Of a stretch of DNA of 64,000 bases, positions 34,653 through 43,513 are shown in pieces. Origin of the DNA: an uncultured delta proteobacterium. Its GTDB lineage: Bacteria; Myxococcota_A; Polyangia; Fen-1088. The stretch's first letter is position 1. Every line of letters starts with the position of its first letter. The stretch covers positions 295,085 through 359,084 of the forward strand of contig CAVYGB010000001.1 of assembly GCA_963767925.1 (NCBI GenBank), given 5' to 3'. The notes below the pieces were generated by a model that ran no database searches, was not told the DNA's origin, and saw only the letters and a program-made list of their open reading frames with translations. A program made the position numbers and the translations under genes.

Positions 34653-37600
34653 TCAGGACAGGAGCATCTCCAGGGTCTCGCGGTCCAGGCCGCGGACGAA
34701 GCCCTGGTCCTCGTTGATGATCGACTCGGCCAGGCCGCGCTTCGACTCCTGCAGCGCTGCCACCTTCTCCTCGACGGTGTCCCGGCAGAGCAGGCGGTAG
34801 ACGAAGACCTGGCGCTGCTGCCCGATGCGGTGGGTGCGGTCGACGGCCTGGGCCTCCACCGCCGGGTTCCACCAGGGATCCAGGATGAAGACGTAGTCGG
34901 CGGCGGTGAGGTTCAGCCCGGTGCCGCCGGCCTTGAGGCTGATCAGGAACAGCGGGCAGTCGGGATCGTTCTGGAAGCGGGTCACCCGGGCCGCCCGGTC
35001 CTGAACCTGCCCATCGAGGTATTCGTAGGTCACCCCCTCGGCGTCCAGCCGCGCCCGCACCAGCGCCAGGAAGCTCGTGAACTGCGAGAACACGAGGGCC
35101 TTGTGCCCCTCGGCCCGCAGCTCCGCCAGCCGCGGCAGCAGCACCTCCAGCTTGGCGCTGGGCTCGTTGGCCCGCGCGGGGTCGATCAGCCCCGGATGGC
35201 AGGCGGCCTGCCGCAGGCGCAGCAGCGCCTCCAGCACCTGGATCGCGTTCTGCTTCCCCTCGCCGCCGGCGCCAGCGCCGGCCCCGGTCTCCTTCAGCAG
35301 GCGGGCCCGGTAGTGGTCGCGCAGCTCCCGGTAGTGCTTGGCCTGCGCCGGCTCGAGCTCGCAGAAGATTGTCTCCTCGTGTTTGGGCGGCAGCTCCGGC
35401 GCGACCTGGGCCTTGGTGCGGCGGAGGATGAACGGCCGCAGCGCCCGCGCCAGGCCGATCAGGGACTCCTCGCCCGGGCGCCCGCGCCCGGTGATGGCCT
35501 CGAAGGCGCGGGTCGACCCCAGCATGCCCGGGTTCAGGAACTCGAACAGCGACCACAGCTCGCCCAGGTGGTTCTCCACCGGGGTGCCCGACAGGGCCAG
35601 CCGGTGCTGGCCGCGGAGCAGGCGCGCCGCCTTGGCCGACTCCGACGACGGGTTCTTGATCGCCTGGGCCTCGTCGAGGATGAGGTAGTCGAACTCCATC
35701 CCGGCCAGCAGGCCGACGTCGCTGCGCAAGATCCCGTAGGTGGTCAGGATCAGGTCGGCCCCGGCCAGGCCCTCCAGCCGGGGGGTCCTCCCCGGCCCCA
35801 CGTGCGCCAGGCAGCGCAAGCTGGGGGCGAAGCGGGCCGCCTCCTGCTGCCAGTTCCAGACCAGCGACTTGGGCACCACCACCAGCGAGGGCGTCTTCAC
35901 CTCCGTGCGCCGCTGCTCCAGCAGGGCCAGGATCTGGATGGTCTTGCCGAGGCCCATGTCGTCCGCCAGGCAGCCCCCGAACCCGAAGCGGCGCAGGAAG
36001 CTGAACCACCCCACCCCCACCTCCTGGTAGGGACGCAGCTGGCCGAGGAAGCCGGGCGGGGCCGGCTCGGCCGCCACCCCCTCGAAGCGGGCCACCTCCT
36101 GGCGGGCGCGCGCGAAGATCTCGTCGACCTGCGCCTCTGGCTGGGCCGACACCAGGGCGTCCAGCAGGCCGGTCTGGCTGCGCTTGAAGCGGAGCTGATC
36201 GCCGTCGATGGTGCCCATCTCCGCCAGCAGCCCGTACCGGGCCAGCCACTCCTCGGGCAACATCCCCAGGCTGCCATCGCCGAGCACCACGGTCTTCTCG
36301 CCCCGGCGCAGCGCCCGCAACAGATCCGGCAGCGAGGCGCTCACTCCGTCGAAGTCGACCCTGGCGCTGAGGTCGAACCAGTCGATCCCGCTCTGCACGC
36401 TGATGTCGAACCGGCCCGGCCGCCGGTGCAGGCGTCCCTGCGCGTGCACCTGCCAGCCCTCCGCCAGCAGGATGCGCACCACCGCCGGCAACCGCGAGGC
36501 GGCGATCTCGAACACCCCCTCGTCGTCATCGGCGTGATACGGGATGCGAAAGCCCAGCTCCAGCAGGCGCTCGGCGGCCGCCCGCTCCGCCGGGCGATCG
36601 CGCCGGATCAGCAGCCCCTCCTGGGGCACCACCATGCCCGCGCGACGGTCGCCGGCTTCGATGCGCCGCCCCTCGTAGGAGAAGGCCAGGTGAGCCAGCG
36701 GGCGCTCCCCCACGTTCCGGAGCTGCATCGTGCCCGGCCAGCGCACCGGCGGCTCGGCCTCCGGTGGCCGCACCGTGATCTCGGGCCGCGGCGCCGCCAC
36801 GACCTCGGTCATGGCCAGGCCTTCCGGGAGCGACAGCGGGGGCAGGGCGTGCTGGGTGAGCAGCTCCTCGAGGAACGGCTGCACCTCGGTGGCGGCCACC
36901 GGAATCGACTTCACCCGGCCCAGCAGCTTGGCCAGCGGGAAGGCCCCGAAGTCCCGGAAACGGGCCAGCCGGTCCCCCAGGATCATCCAGCCCTCCGGGC
37001 TGAGCATCTTGACCGCCGCCAGCTCCACCTGCTCCGCCTCCCGCCGCGCGCCCCCCAGCATGGCCAGACCATCGCCGCCCCGGTCCTCCATCTGCACGAC
37101 GAGCTCCCAGGGCGCACCCGGGTCGTAGCGCAGCGGCGACAGGGCGCGCCCCTCGGCCTCGATGAGAAAGAAGCGACCGGTCGCCGACACCAGGGGCATG
37201 AGCTGATCGGCCATGCTCACCGGAACCGGGATGGTGGTGAGGAAGTGGGCGCCGTCGCCGTAGCCCCCGGTGTCGGCGATCGTGGCCGCCCCCTGCAACA
37301 GGGGCAGCAGCCGGCGATCGTGCTCGTCCTCCAGCAGCGCGAGCGTGTCGAAAGGAATGCGCGCCGCCCCGGGCAGCGTACGCCTGGCCGGCCTGGCCGG
37401 CGCTGCCACCCGCCCCGGTTTTGCTGCCCTGGCCCGCTTGCGTCCCAGGATGCGCAGGGTCAGCGGTCCCACCCCACTCTGCATGGCGTCCACCGCATAG
37501 AGGATCTCACCCCGGAACGGCTTGCCGTGCCGGCGCGGCCCCTCCGCCCGCGAGCGGGCCTCGTCGAGCAGCTTCTTCCAGGCCGGTGGCGCCACCATCG

Positions 37601-37952
37601 ACGGAGGCGGCTGCGAGGCGCGGCCGCCGGCGCCGGGCGGGCGCTCACCGGGTCGCGGCCAGCGCTCGAACTCCGGCAGCCGCCGCAACAGCCCCTCGCC
37701 GTTGGCCGCCAGCACGGTGGCCCACAGGTGCTCGCAGGTGCCGGTCGCCCGGGAGGCGGCGCAGGTGCAAGCCAGGACGAGGTCGCCGCCCAGCACCTCG
37801 ATTCCGGTCTGCTCGATCGCCCCCCGTCCCACCTCCGCCAGCACGGCGTGCCCCGACGAATGGAGAATCTTCACCACCCCCGCCCGGTACAGCGCCGCCC
37901 CGGGCGCCCGCACCGCGCCCGGGAACTGGGCAATCAGATCGGCGAAGACCAC
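34653..37952 (-). CDS. SNF2-family helicase with N-terminal SWIM zinc finger
   Basis: SWIM 'CTCAASRATGTCEH', and helicase motifs 'LADDMGLGKT', 'LILDEAQAIKN', 'ALSGTPVEN', 'LVFSQFTSFL' and 'GGTGLNLTAADYVFILDPWWNPAVEAQAVDRTHRIGQ'. Confidence 0.9.
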   Translation of the reverse strand: MVFADLIAQFPGAVRAPGAALYRAGVVKILHSSGHAVLAEVGRGAIEQTGIEVLGGDLVLACTCAASRATGTCEHLWATVLAANGEGLLRRLPEFERWPRPGERPPGAGGRASQPPPSMVAPPAWKKLLDEARSRAEGPRRHGKPFRGEILYAVDAMQSGVGPLTLRILGRKRARAAKPGRVAAPARPARRTLPGAARIPFDTLALLEDEHDRRLLPLLQGAATIADTGGYGDGAHFLTTIPVPVSMADQLMPLVSATGRFFLIEAEGRALSPLRYDPGAPWELVVQMEDRGGDGLAMLGGARREAEQVELAAVKMLSPEGWMILGDRLARFRDFGAFPLAKLLGRVKSIPVAATEVQPFLEELLTQHALPPLSLPEGLAMTEVVAAPRPEITVRPPEAEPPVRWPGTMQLRNVGERPLAHLAFSYEGRRIEAGDRRAGMVVPQEGLLIRRDRPAERAAAERLLELGFRIPYHADDDEGVFEIAASRLPAVVRILLAEGWQVHAQGRLHRRPGRFDISVQSGIDWFDLSARVDFDGVSASLPDLLRALRRGEKTVVLGDGSLGMLPEEWLARYGLLAEMGTIDGDQLRFKRSQTGLLDALVSAQPEAQVDEIFARARQEVARFEGVAAEPAPPGFLGQLRPYQEVGVGWFSFLRRFGFGGCLADDMGLGKTIQILALLEQRRTEVKTPSLVVVPKSLVWNWQQEAARFAPSLRCLAHVGPGRTPRLEGLAGADLILTTYGILRSDVGLLAGMEFDYLILDEAQAIKNPSSESAKAARLLRGQHRLALSGTPVENHLGELWSLFEFLNPGMLGSTRAFEAITGRGRPGEESLIGLARALRPFILRRTKAQVAPELPPKHEETIFCELEPAQAKHYRELRDHYRARLLKETGAGAGAGGEGKQNAIQVLEALLRLRQAACHPGLIDPARANEPSAKLEVLLPRLAELRAEGHKALVFSQFTSFLALVRARLDAEGVTYEYLDGQVQDRAARVTRFQNDPDCPLFLISLKAGGTGLNLTAADYVFILDPWWNPAVEAQAVDRTHRIGQQRQVFVYRLLCRDTVEEKVAALQESKRGLAESIINEDQGFVRGLDRETLEMLLS

Positions 37953-38054
37953 GCGCTCACGGACCGGGACGTCATCGAACCGGATACCCTACCTCATCGC
38001 GCGCCGCTCACCCACGGGATGAGGCCGTTCGCAGCGGTTGAAACTGAAAGGCGG

Positions 38055-38480
38055 TCAGCCGGCTGGCGTCGCGTCGGCAGAGGCGGCCAGCTCGTCCAGG
38101 AAGCGGCTGGCGGCGGCGAGCCCGACGGGCGCCTCGCGCACCATCCGGACCGGATCGAGGTCCCCGTAGGCGTGGGCGATGCGGTTCCTGAGGGAGGAGA
38201 GCAGGGCCATGGCCCGGGCGGCGTCGGGCGTGATCGAGCCCGAGCGCGCCAGGATCTCGAAGGCCTCCCGGTGCGAAGCCGGGATCCCCAGGCCCCGCTC
38301 CGAGATGAGGTGGGTCGCCAGATCGAGCGCGTCCTGGACCAGGAGAAACAGGTTGAAGGCGATGAAGGCCTCCGTGCGCTCGTCCTCGAGGACCGCCTCG
38401 GCCCGGGCCGGCAAGGCCTTGCGGACCTTCTCGATGCGCTCACGGCATTGCAGCAGCTTGCGAAGGAGCAGCTCGTTCAT
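38055..38480 (-). CDS. hepT: HepT (DUF86, HEPN RNase) type VII toxin, intact
   Basis: 141 aa with the 'RNRIAHAY' (R-x4-H-x-Y) motif. It overlaps the upstream mntA by 4 bp. Confidence 0.85.
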   Translation of the reverse strand: MNELLLRKLLQCRERIEKVRKALPARAEAVLEDERTEAFIAFNLFLLVQDALDLATHLISERGLGIPASHREAFEILARSGSITPDAARAMALLSSLRNRIAHAYGDLDPVRMVREAPVGLAAASRFLDELAASADATPAG

Positions 38481-38923
38481 GCCCGGCGGGCCTCGGCTTC
38501 CCGGGCCAGGCGGCGGCGCACCCCTTCGGCGCAGCGGGTGACCATGGGAGCGAGATCGAAGTAGCGGAGCGCCGATTCGGCCCGGAAGCTGGTCCAGGTG
38601 GCCGGCTCGCGTTCGTGGAGCAACAGCCCGTCGCGCGCGATCTCGAACCGCAGCCAGTCAGAGGCGGTCTCCAGGCTCACCACGTGCGGCTCGCGCTCCA
38701 TCAACCCGCCCACCTCGGTGCCGACGTCGAGCTGCTCCCAGAAGCCGCCGCCCAGGACGCCCACATCGGCGTCGCTGTCCGGCCGGCCGCTGCGCCGAGC
38801 CAGCGAGCCGAAGAGGACCACCAGGCGCACGCCGGGCCAGCGTCCTGCCAGACGCGCCAGGGGAGCGGCCAGCTCGGAAGGCTCCATCGGCCCGAGGATA
38901 GCCTGCGCGGCACGCCTCTGCAC
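38477..38923 (-). CDS. mntA: MntA nucleotidyltransferase, type VII antitoxin
   Basis: 'LVVLFGSLARRSGRPDSDADVGVL' (GS...DxD). An alternative start is at MEPSEL (38887). Confidence 0.85.
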   Translation of the reverse strand: MQRRAAQAILGPMEPSELAAPLARLAGRWPGVRLVVLFGSLARRSGRPDSDADVGVLGGGFWEQLDVGTEVGGLMEREPHVVSLETASDWLRFEIARDGLLLHEREPATWTSFRAESALRYFDLAPMVTRCAEGVRRRLAREAEARRA

Positions 38924-39045
38924 GGCGGGCCGCCCGGCGGCGCCGGGCGGCTCCCTGGCCAGGAGCCGCCGGCGCGTTTCGCGGTCAGCTGCGGCAGAGT
39001 TCTACGACAGAGTCGCCGGGGCGCTCGGCCGCCGTGGTTGCCTCT

Positions 39046-42000
39046 TCAGGAGGGGGCGTGGGCGACCGAGAGGGGCGGGGTGCCCAGCGAGGCGCTCGGG
39101 GCGGCGGGGAGCCTCGCGCTGGGCCGCAGGGAAGGGGGCGTATCCAGGTGCGCCTCCACGCGCTTCTGACTCTGCAACCAGGCGTTGTCGGGCAGGGCCA
39201 GCGCGTTGACGAAAGGCGCGCTCTGCTCGGTGACGAACACCTGCTCGGGCGTGGGGGGCGGCTTGCGGTGGATGAACATCTCGATGAACGCGACAAGGAT
39301 CCCGACGATCGCCGCCACCACGCCGACGATCGGGATGGCGCTGAGGACCTCGATCCCGACCAGGGCGGCGATGCCGATGCCACCCTCCACCAGGAAGGCG
39401 ACCCCGTTGGCCACCTCGCCCAGGATGTCGAACACCTTGATCGCGGTCGGCTGGCCCGAGGCGAAGTCGGCCGCGATCTGGAAACCGGTCGCGACACAGG
39501 CCGCCCCCATGGCGATGATCGTGATTCCCCTGGCCATCACCTCGGTCACCTGGGCAAATTTGGTCCAGCGCGAGGCCGCCGCCGCCAGGCCCTCCGCGTT
39601 CGTGAGCGCCACGCCGGCGACCTCACCGGCCCGGGCCAGCGCGGGGGCCGCCAGGTCATCGAGCTCGATGTCCACCTGGACCGCGATCTTGTCTGCCGCC
39701 TCGGTCAGGCGGGTAAAATCGAGCTCGGTCTGGATCTGACCGGTGGCCTCCATGAGATCCTCGAGGGAGGAGGTGGCGGTCGCGAGCTTCTGGGCCGCGG
39801 TGTAGGTGACGACGTCGTTGAAGATGTTGATGGTGACGTCGAGGATCTGCGTGACGGTCTGCACCTGCTCCGCTGGCTTGAGCTGTCCCCAGCCGAGCAG
39901 CGCCTGGATCGACTGCCAGATCCCGAAGCCGTAGACCGCGATGGACAGGCTCCCGGCGATGAACTTGCTCTTGCGCGGGTTGTTGTCCGCCCAGACCTTG
40001 AGCCGCGCTGGCATGATCCCCTTGGCCGTCCGCAGGACGTCGACCATGTCGGCGATCATGTTGCCCATCCCGTCGACCAGGGCATTGACGTTGTCGACCT
40101 GGTATTCGGCCATGAGCGCCTGGAGGTCGGCGACCGCCTGACCCCGGATGGCGTCGCCCCACTTGCCGTCGACGAGCAGGGAGGCGAAGTACTGGCGGAA
40201 GAACTCGGTCAGGAACCCGACGAAGTCCTCCTTCGTGCCGGCGCCGACGAACTTGAGCACCTCGTTGAGGCGGTAGTCCATCACCCGCTCGTACAGCGAG
40301 GTGGCGTAGGAGACCGACTTTCCGTCGGGCTTGACCACGCGGGCGGCCGGGTCGAGCACGTGCAACAAGGTGGACAGGTGGGTGAGCCGCTGCCGGTTGT
40401 CGACGGTGTTCTGCAGGGCCAGGCCGGTGAGCTCGAGCGGGTCGGTGCAGTATTCGTACAGCTTCTGGGCCCAGCCGACCGGATCGCTTTGCAGGTACGG
40501 GGCGAGCTCCGGCACCGTGTCGGAGTAGGAGCTGTCGAGCAGCTTCGCGGTCACCTGGCTGTAGGCCTTGCTCTGGGAGAACGAGGTGGTGCCGTCGCCC
40601 TTCCAGAAGTAGCCGAGCTTGTCGTCGACGCTGGACAGCTTCGCGAACTGGGCCTGGATGTTCGGGTCGGTGCTCTTCGAGAACGCCTGGGTCAGGTAGC
40701 CGATGGCGAACTTGTCGACCAGGAACGCGTTGACCTCGTCGGTCTGCAACATCGCCGCGTCGCTGTCGCTGAGGGCCTGCCCCTGGCCGACCGCGGGCGC
40801 GGTCTCGCCGAACCACTGCAGCCACTGGGTGCCATTGGCGGCGTCGCGCTTGCTGAGGGCCAGCAGCATCAGGCTCTTCAGCTTGCCGAAGCTCAGCTCG
40901 TGCACGTTGGTCATGTCGGGCGGGGGCACCAGGAAGAGCTGCTCCGCGCTCATCGGCAAGGCGCCGGCGAGCTGCATGGCCTGCGCGATGGGGGCGGGGA
41001 CCGGCGCCGAGGCCGGGTTGGGGCGCAGCAGGGCGCTGTCGATGGGCTGGGCCAGCATCCGGGAGGTGGAGCCGGTCATCATCGCCTGCAGCTTTGCCAG
41101 GTCCTTGCAGGTGCCGTGCACCGCCACCCCGTCGCCGCGGAAGCCCGGCTTGGTCTGATCGAAGGGGTAGATGGTGCCGGCGAAGGCCCGGTAGTCCATC
41201 GTGAAGTCGAGCTCCGCCGCGACCCAGGCGCTGCCGCCGAACTGGCAGAGCTGGGGGTCGACGTTGAGCTCCGCGTGCAGCACGGTCAGCGACTGCTTGT
41301 TGGTGGCGACCGAGAACACGACGGTGGAATACTTCTGCAGGTTGGCGGTGGCGGTGGCGTCTCCGGGGACGGTCACCTCCCCGAGCGCGTGGAGCAGCCC
41401 CTTGTCGTCGCGGGTGAAGCCCATGTCGAACTCGTACCAGGGGGTGCGGTCGGAGCCGGCTTCGGTCGTGTAGCCGACCAGCCCGGCCGCCGTGAACAGC
41501 AGGGGGGCCCCGCCGTAGCTGACCGCGCCGTGGCCGAGCAGCCCGTGCGCCGCCAGGCGGAGCGCGCCGGTCTCCTCGACGCCGGAGTCGAGGCGCCGGT
41601 GCCAGTAGAGGTGGTCCCCGTCGGCGTGGCTGGCGACCGGCTCGCCGTCGACGAAGAGCCGGCCCTGGTAGACCCCGAGCTGGTCGAACGCCCGGCCGGG
41701 CGCGCTCGCCCCGTGCGCCTCGACCTTCATGGTCGGCAGGACCAGGTGGGCCGCGCCGGCGACCGCGCGCCGGCGCACCCCGTGGGCGTCGGTGTGGGCG
41801 GCCCGGGCGGCCGAGCGCCTGGGATCGCGCAGGGCGGAGGCGACCGCGCTCACCACGCCCTTGCCGAGGGCCTTGCTCAGCATCGGCTCGATCTCGCCGA
41901 GGGTGCGGCCGAAGGCGAGCTGCTCGGCGTTCGACATGTTCGAGACCATGTTCGACGTGATGTGCTGGACGGTGATCTCGGGGTAGTTGACCAGACAGCA

Positions 42001-43314
42001 GTAGCCGCGAGCGTGGTACGAGTGGTGCCCGCGCAGGTGCAGGTCGTAGCCCGTGGGCCCCTTGCCGGCGGCGAAGGTCTCGACGTTGATGCGCTCGACG
42101 ACGATCTTCTCGTACTCCGTGCGGTCGTCGCCCTTGCTGGCCAGGCGCCAGACGACGTCGCCCACGTCCAGGCGCTTGACCGCGTGGTGCGGGACGAAGC
42201 TCATCGTCACCTCGGGCGCCAGGCTGCACCAGCCCCGCTGGGTCATGACCGCGTGCTCGAACGACATGAAAGGCGGGTCGTCGTTGAAGCTGTACAGTCC
42301 GGTGAGCTGGTCGTTGACCACCAGCTCGGCCGAGCAGACCGAGACCGCCCCGCCGCCGCTGGCCACCTCGTCGCCCTCCTGCAGCCGCTCGACCGGCGTC
42401 GTCGATCCGTCCGCCAGCAAGATGGGTGTCCCCGCGCGCACGCAGCCGTTGCTCTGGCGGACGTCGGTGACGTTGCTGGGCGCCTTGCCCGACGCCAGGC
42501 CGAAGGCGGGCGGCCCCCCGCTCGAGTTGACCCACTGGACGACGCCGGCGCCGTAGGTCGTGCGCACCCAGGTGCTCAGCGTGCCGAACCCGTTCATGTC
42601 CGGCACGTCCCGCGAGTAGATCGTCTGCGCGCCACAGGCCACCGCGACCGCCTGGAACACGGCGCCGAAGGCCGGCGCGCCCTGGCGGAAGCTCGGCTCG
42701 ACGGCGTCGAGCCAGGGGTAGCGGTCGAAGCCCTCGAGGTCGGTGCTCCAGCGCGGGTTCACCACCCAGGCCTGGAGGACCCGCTTGAAGTTCGGCCCGT
42801 CGTTGTCCAGCAGCCGCAGGGTCAAGAGGAGGACCTTGGCCGGCAGGCTGGATCCGATGGTGTCGCACTCGACAAGGAGGCCGGTCAGGAAGTCGCTGCT
42901 GGCGGCCTCGTCGGCGATGGCCTTGGCGTTGGTTGCCCCGTCGGTGAAGAAGGGCCCCAGCACGCTCGGCTGCATCAGGTAGTCGGTGAAGATGTCCTGG
43001 CCGACCGTGTTCGTGTTGATGCTGAACCAGCTCTGGATCGTGCCGTAGGAGATGTTCTGGACGGTGGCGTTGAAGCCGAGGGAGGTGTTGGCCGAGAGCG
43101 CGAAGCTCAGGTACTCGACCGCCAGTTGCCGCAGGTTCTGGGCGTCAGCCGCCTCGTGTGTCGTCAGGAACGGCTCGACCGGCTGGCCGGCGAAGAACGT
43201 CGCGTGAACGCCGGCATCGGCGCTCGTCACCGCATCCAGCAAGCGCGCCTGCAGGAAGGTCTCCGGCGGCGACTTGATCGCCTTCACACTGTTCATGAAT
43301 TGGTCGAAGTTCAT
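39046..43314 (-). CDS. 1,422-aa orphan protein: unassigned N-domain / Hint (bacterial intein-like) domain / about 950-aa unassigned region ending in hydrophobic Gly-zipper helices
   Basis: The ATG at 43314 has a GAGG 7 nt upstream (the track ORF starts 26 codons earlier). The frame is uninterrupted and its composition is unlike spurious GC frames. See the findings. Confidence 0.8.
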   Translation of the reverse strand: MNFDQFMNSVKAIKSPPETFLQARLLDAVTSADAGVHATFFAGQPVEPFLTTHEAADAQNLRQLAVEYLSFALSANTSLGFNATVQNISYGTIQSWFSINTNTVGQDIFTDYLMQPSVLGPFFTDGATNAKAIADEAASSDFLTGLLVECDTIGSSLPAKVLLLTLRLLDNDGPNFKRVLQAWVVNPRWSTDLEGFDRYPWLDAVEPSFRQGAPAFGAVFQAVAVACGAQTIYSRDVPDMNGFGTLSTWVRTTYGAGVVQWVNSSGGPPAFGLASGKAPSNVTDVRQSNGCVRAGTPILLADGSTTPVERLQEGDEVASGGGAVSVCSAELVVNDQLTGLYSFNDDPPFMSFEHAVMTQRGWCSLAPEVTMSFVPHHAVKRLDVGDVVWRLASKGDDRTEYEKIVVERINVETFAAGKGPTGYDLHLRGHHSYHARGYCCLVNYPEITVQHITSNMVSNMSNAEQLAFGRTLGEIEPMLSKALGKGVVSAVASALRDPRRSAARAAHTDAHGVRRRAVAGAAHLVLPTMKVEAHGASAPGRAFDQLGVYQGRLFVDGEPVASHADGDHLYWHRRLDSGVEETGALRLAAHGLLGHGAVSYGGAPLLFTAAGLVGYTTEAGSDRTPWYEFDMGFTRDDKGLLHALGEVTVPGDATATANLQKYSTVVFSVATNKQSLTVLHAELNVDPQLCQFGGSAWVAAELDFTMDYRAFAGTIYPFDQTKPGFRGDGVAVHGTCKDLAKLQAMMTGSTSRMLAQPIDSALLRPNPASAPVPAPIAQAMQLAGALPMSAEQLFLVPPPDMTNVHELSFGKLKSLMLLALSKRDAANGTQWLQWFGETAPAVGQGQALSDSDAAMLQTDEVNAFLVDKFAIGYLTQAFSKSTDPNIQAQFAKLSSVDDKLGYFWKGDGTTSFSQSKAYSQVTAKLLDSSYSDTVPELAPYLQSDPVGWAQKLYEYCTDPLELTGLALQNTVDNRQRLTHLSTLLHVLDPAARVVKPDGKSVSYATSLYERVMDYRLNEVLKFVGAGTKEDFVGFLTEFFRQYFASLLVDGKWGDAIRGQAVADLQALMAEYQVDNVNALVDGMGNMIADMVDVLRTAKGIMPARLKVWADNNPRKSKFIAGSLSIAVYGFGIWQSIQALLGWGQLKPAEQVQTVTQILDVTINIFNDVVTYTAAQKLATATSSLEDLMEATGQIQTELDFTRLTEAADKIAVQVDIELDDLAAPALARAGEVAGVALTNAEGLAAAASRWTKFAQVTEVMARGITIIAMGAACVATGFQIAADFASGQPTAIKVFDILGEVANGVAFLVEGGIGIAALVGIEVLSAIPIVGVVAAIVGILVAFIEMFIHRKPPPTPEQVFVTEQSAPFVNALALPDNAWLQSQKRVEAHLDTPPSLRPSARLPAAPSASLGTPPLSVAHAPS
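41986..42444 (-). other. Hint / mini-intein-like domain (153 aa) inside the giant ORF
   Basis: Block A 'CVRAGTPILLADGSTTPVERLQEGDEV' (Cys codon 42442-42444), block B-like 'SFEH', and block F/G-like 'GYDLHLRGHHSYHARGYCCLVN' (Asn codon 41986-41988) followed by Tyr. Confidence 0.7.
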
Positions 43315-43513
43315 GGAAGTACCTCGGGATGTTCGCGACGGTGGGGGTCGGACGTCGGGGTCGGACGGACCTCGAGCGGCGCCATCGTACACCCTGGCGC
43401 GCTCGTCGCTCTCGCCAGTCGGGCCCGGCGCTGATCTCCGGGCAGGTCGCCGCTGCTCAGGCCCTCACGCGTTTTCGGCTTCGTGGTTCGGCTGCGTGGT
43501 AAAGAAGGCCCCC

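Noticed and set aside
41986-42444. Calling the Hint domain a bona fide protein-splicing intein.
   Set aside because: The +1 residue after the terminal Asn is Tyr rather than Cys/Ser/Thr. The penultimate residue is Val rather than His. The host protein is not a recognisable conserved intein target. A BIL/HINT-type self-cleavage domain fits better, although only experiments or profile searches can settle it.
34830-43434. Plus-strand giant ORFs 34830..38564 (1244 aa) and 39034..43434 (1466 aa), antisense to the SNF2, HepT/MntA and Hint-protein genes.
   Set aside because: Their composition is the same shadow-frame type (Gly/Arg/Pro/Ala/Val/Asp runs). The minus-strand frames contain helicase, DUF86, nucleotidyltransferase and Hint motifs.
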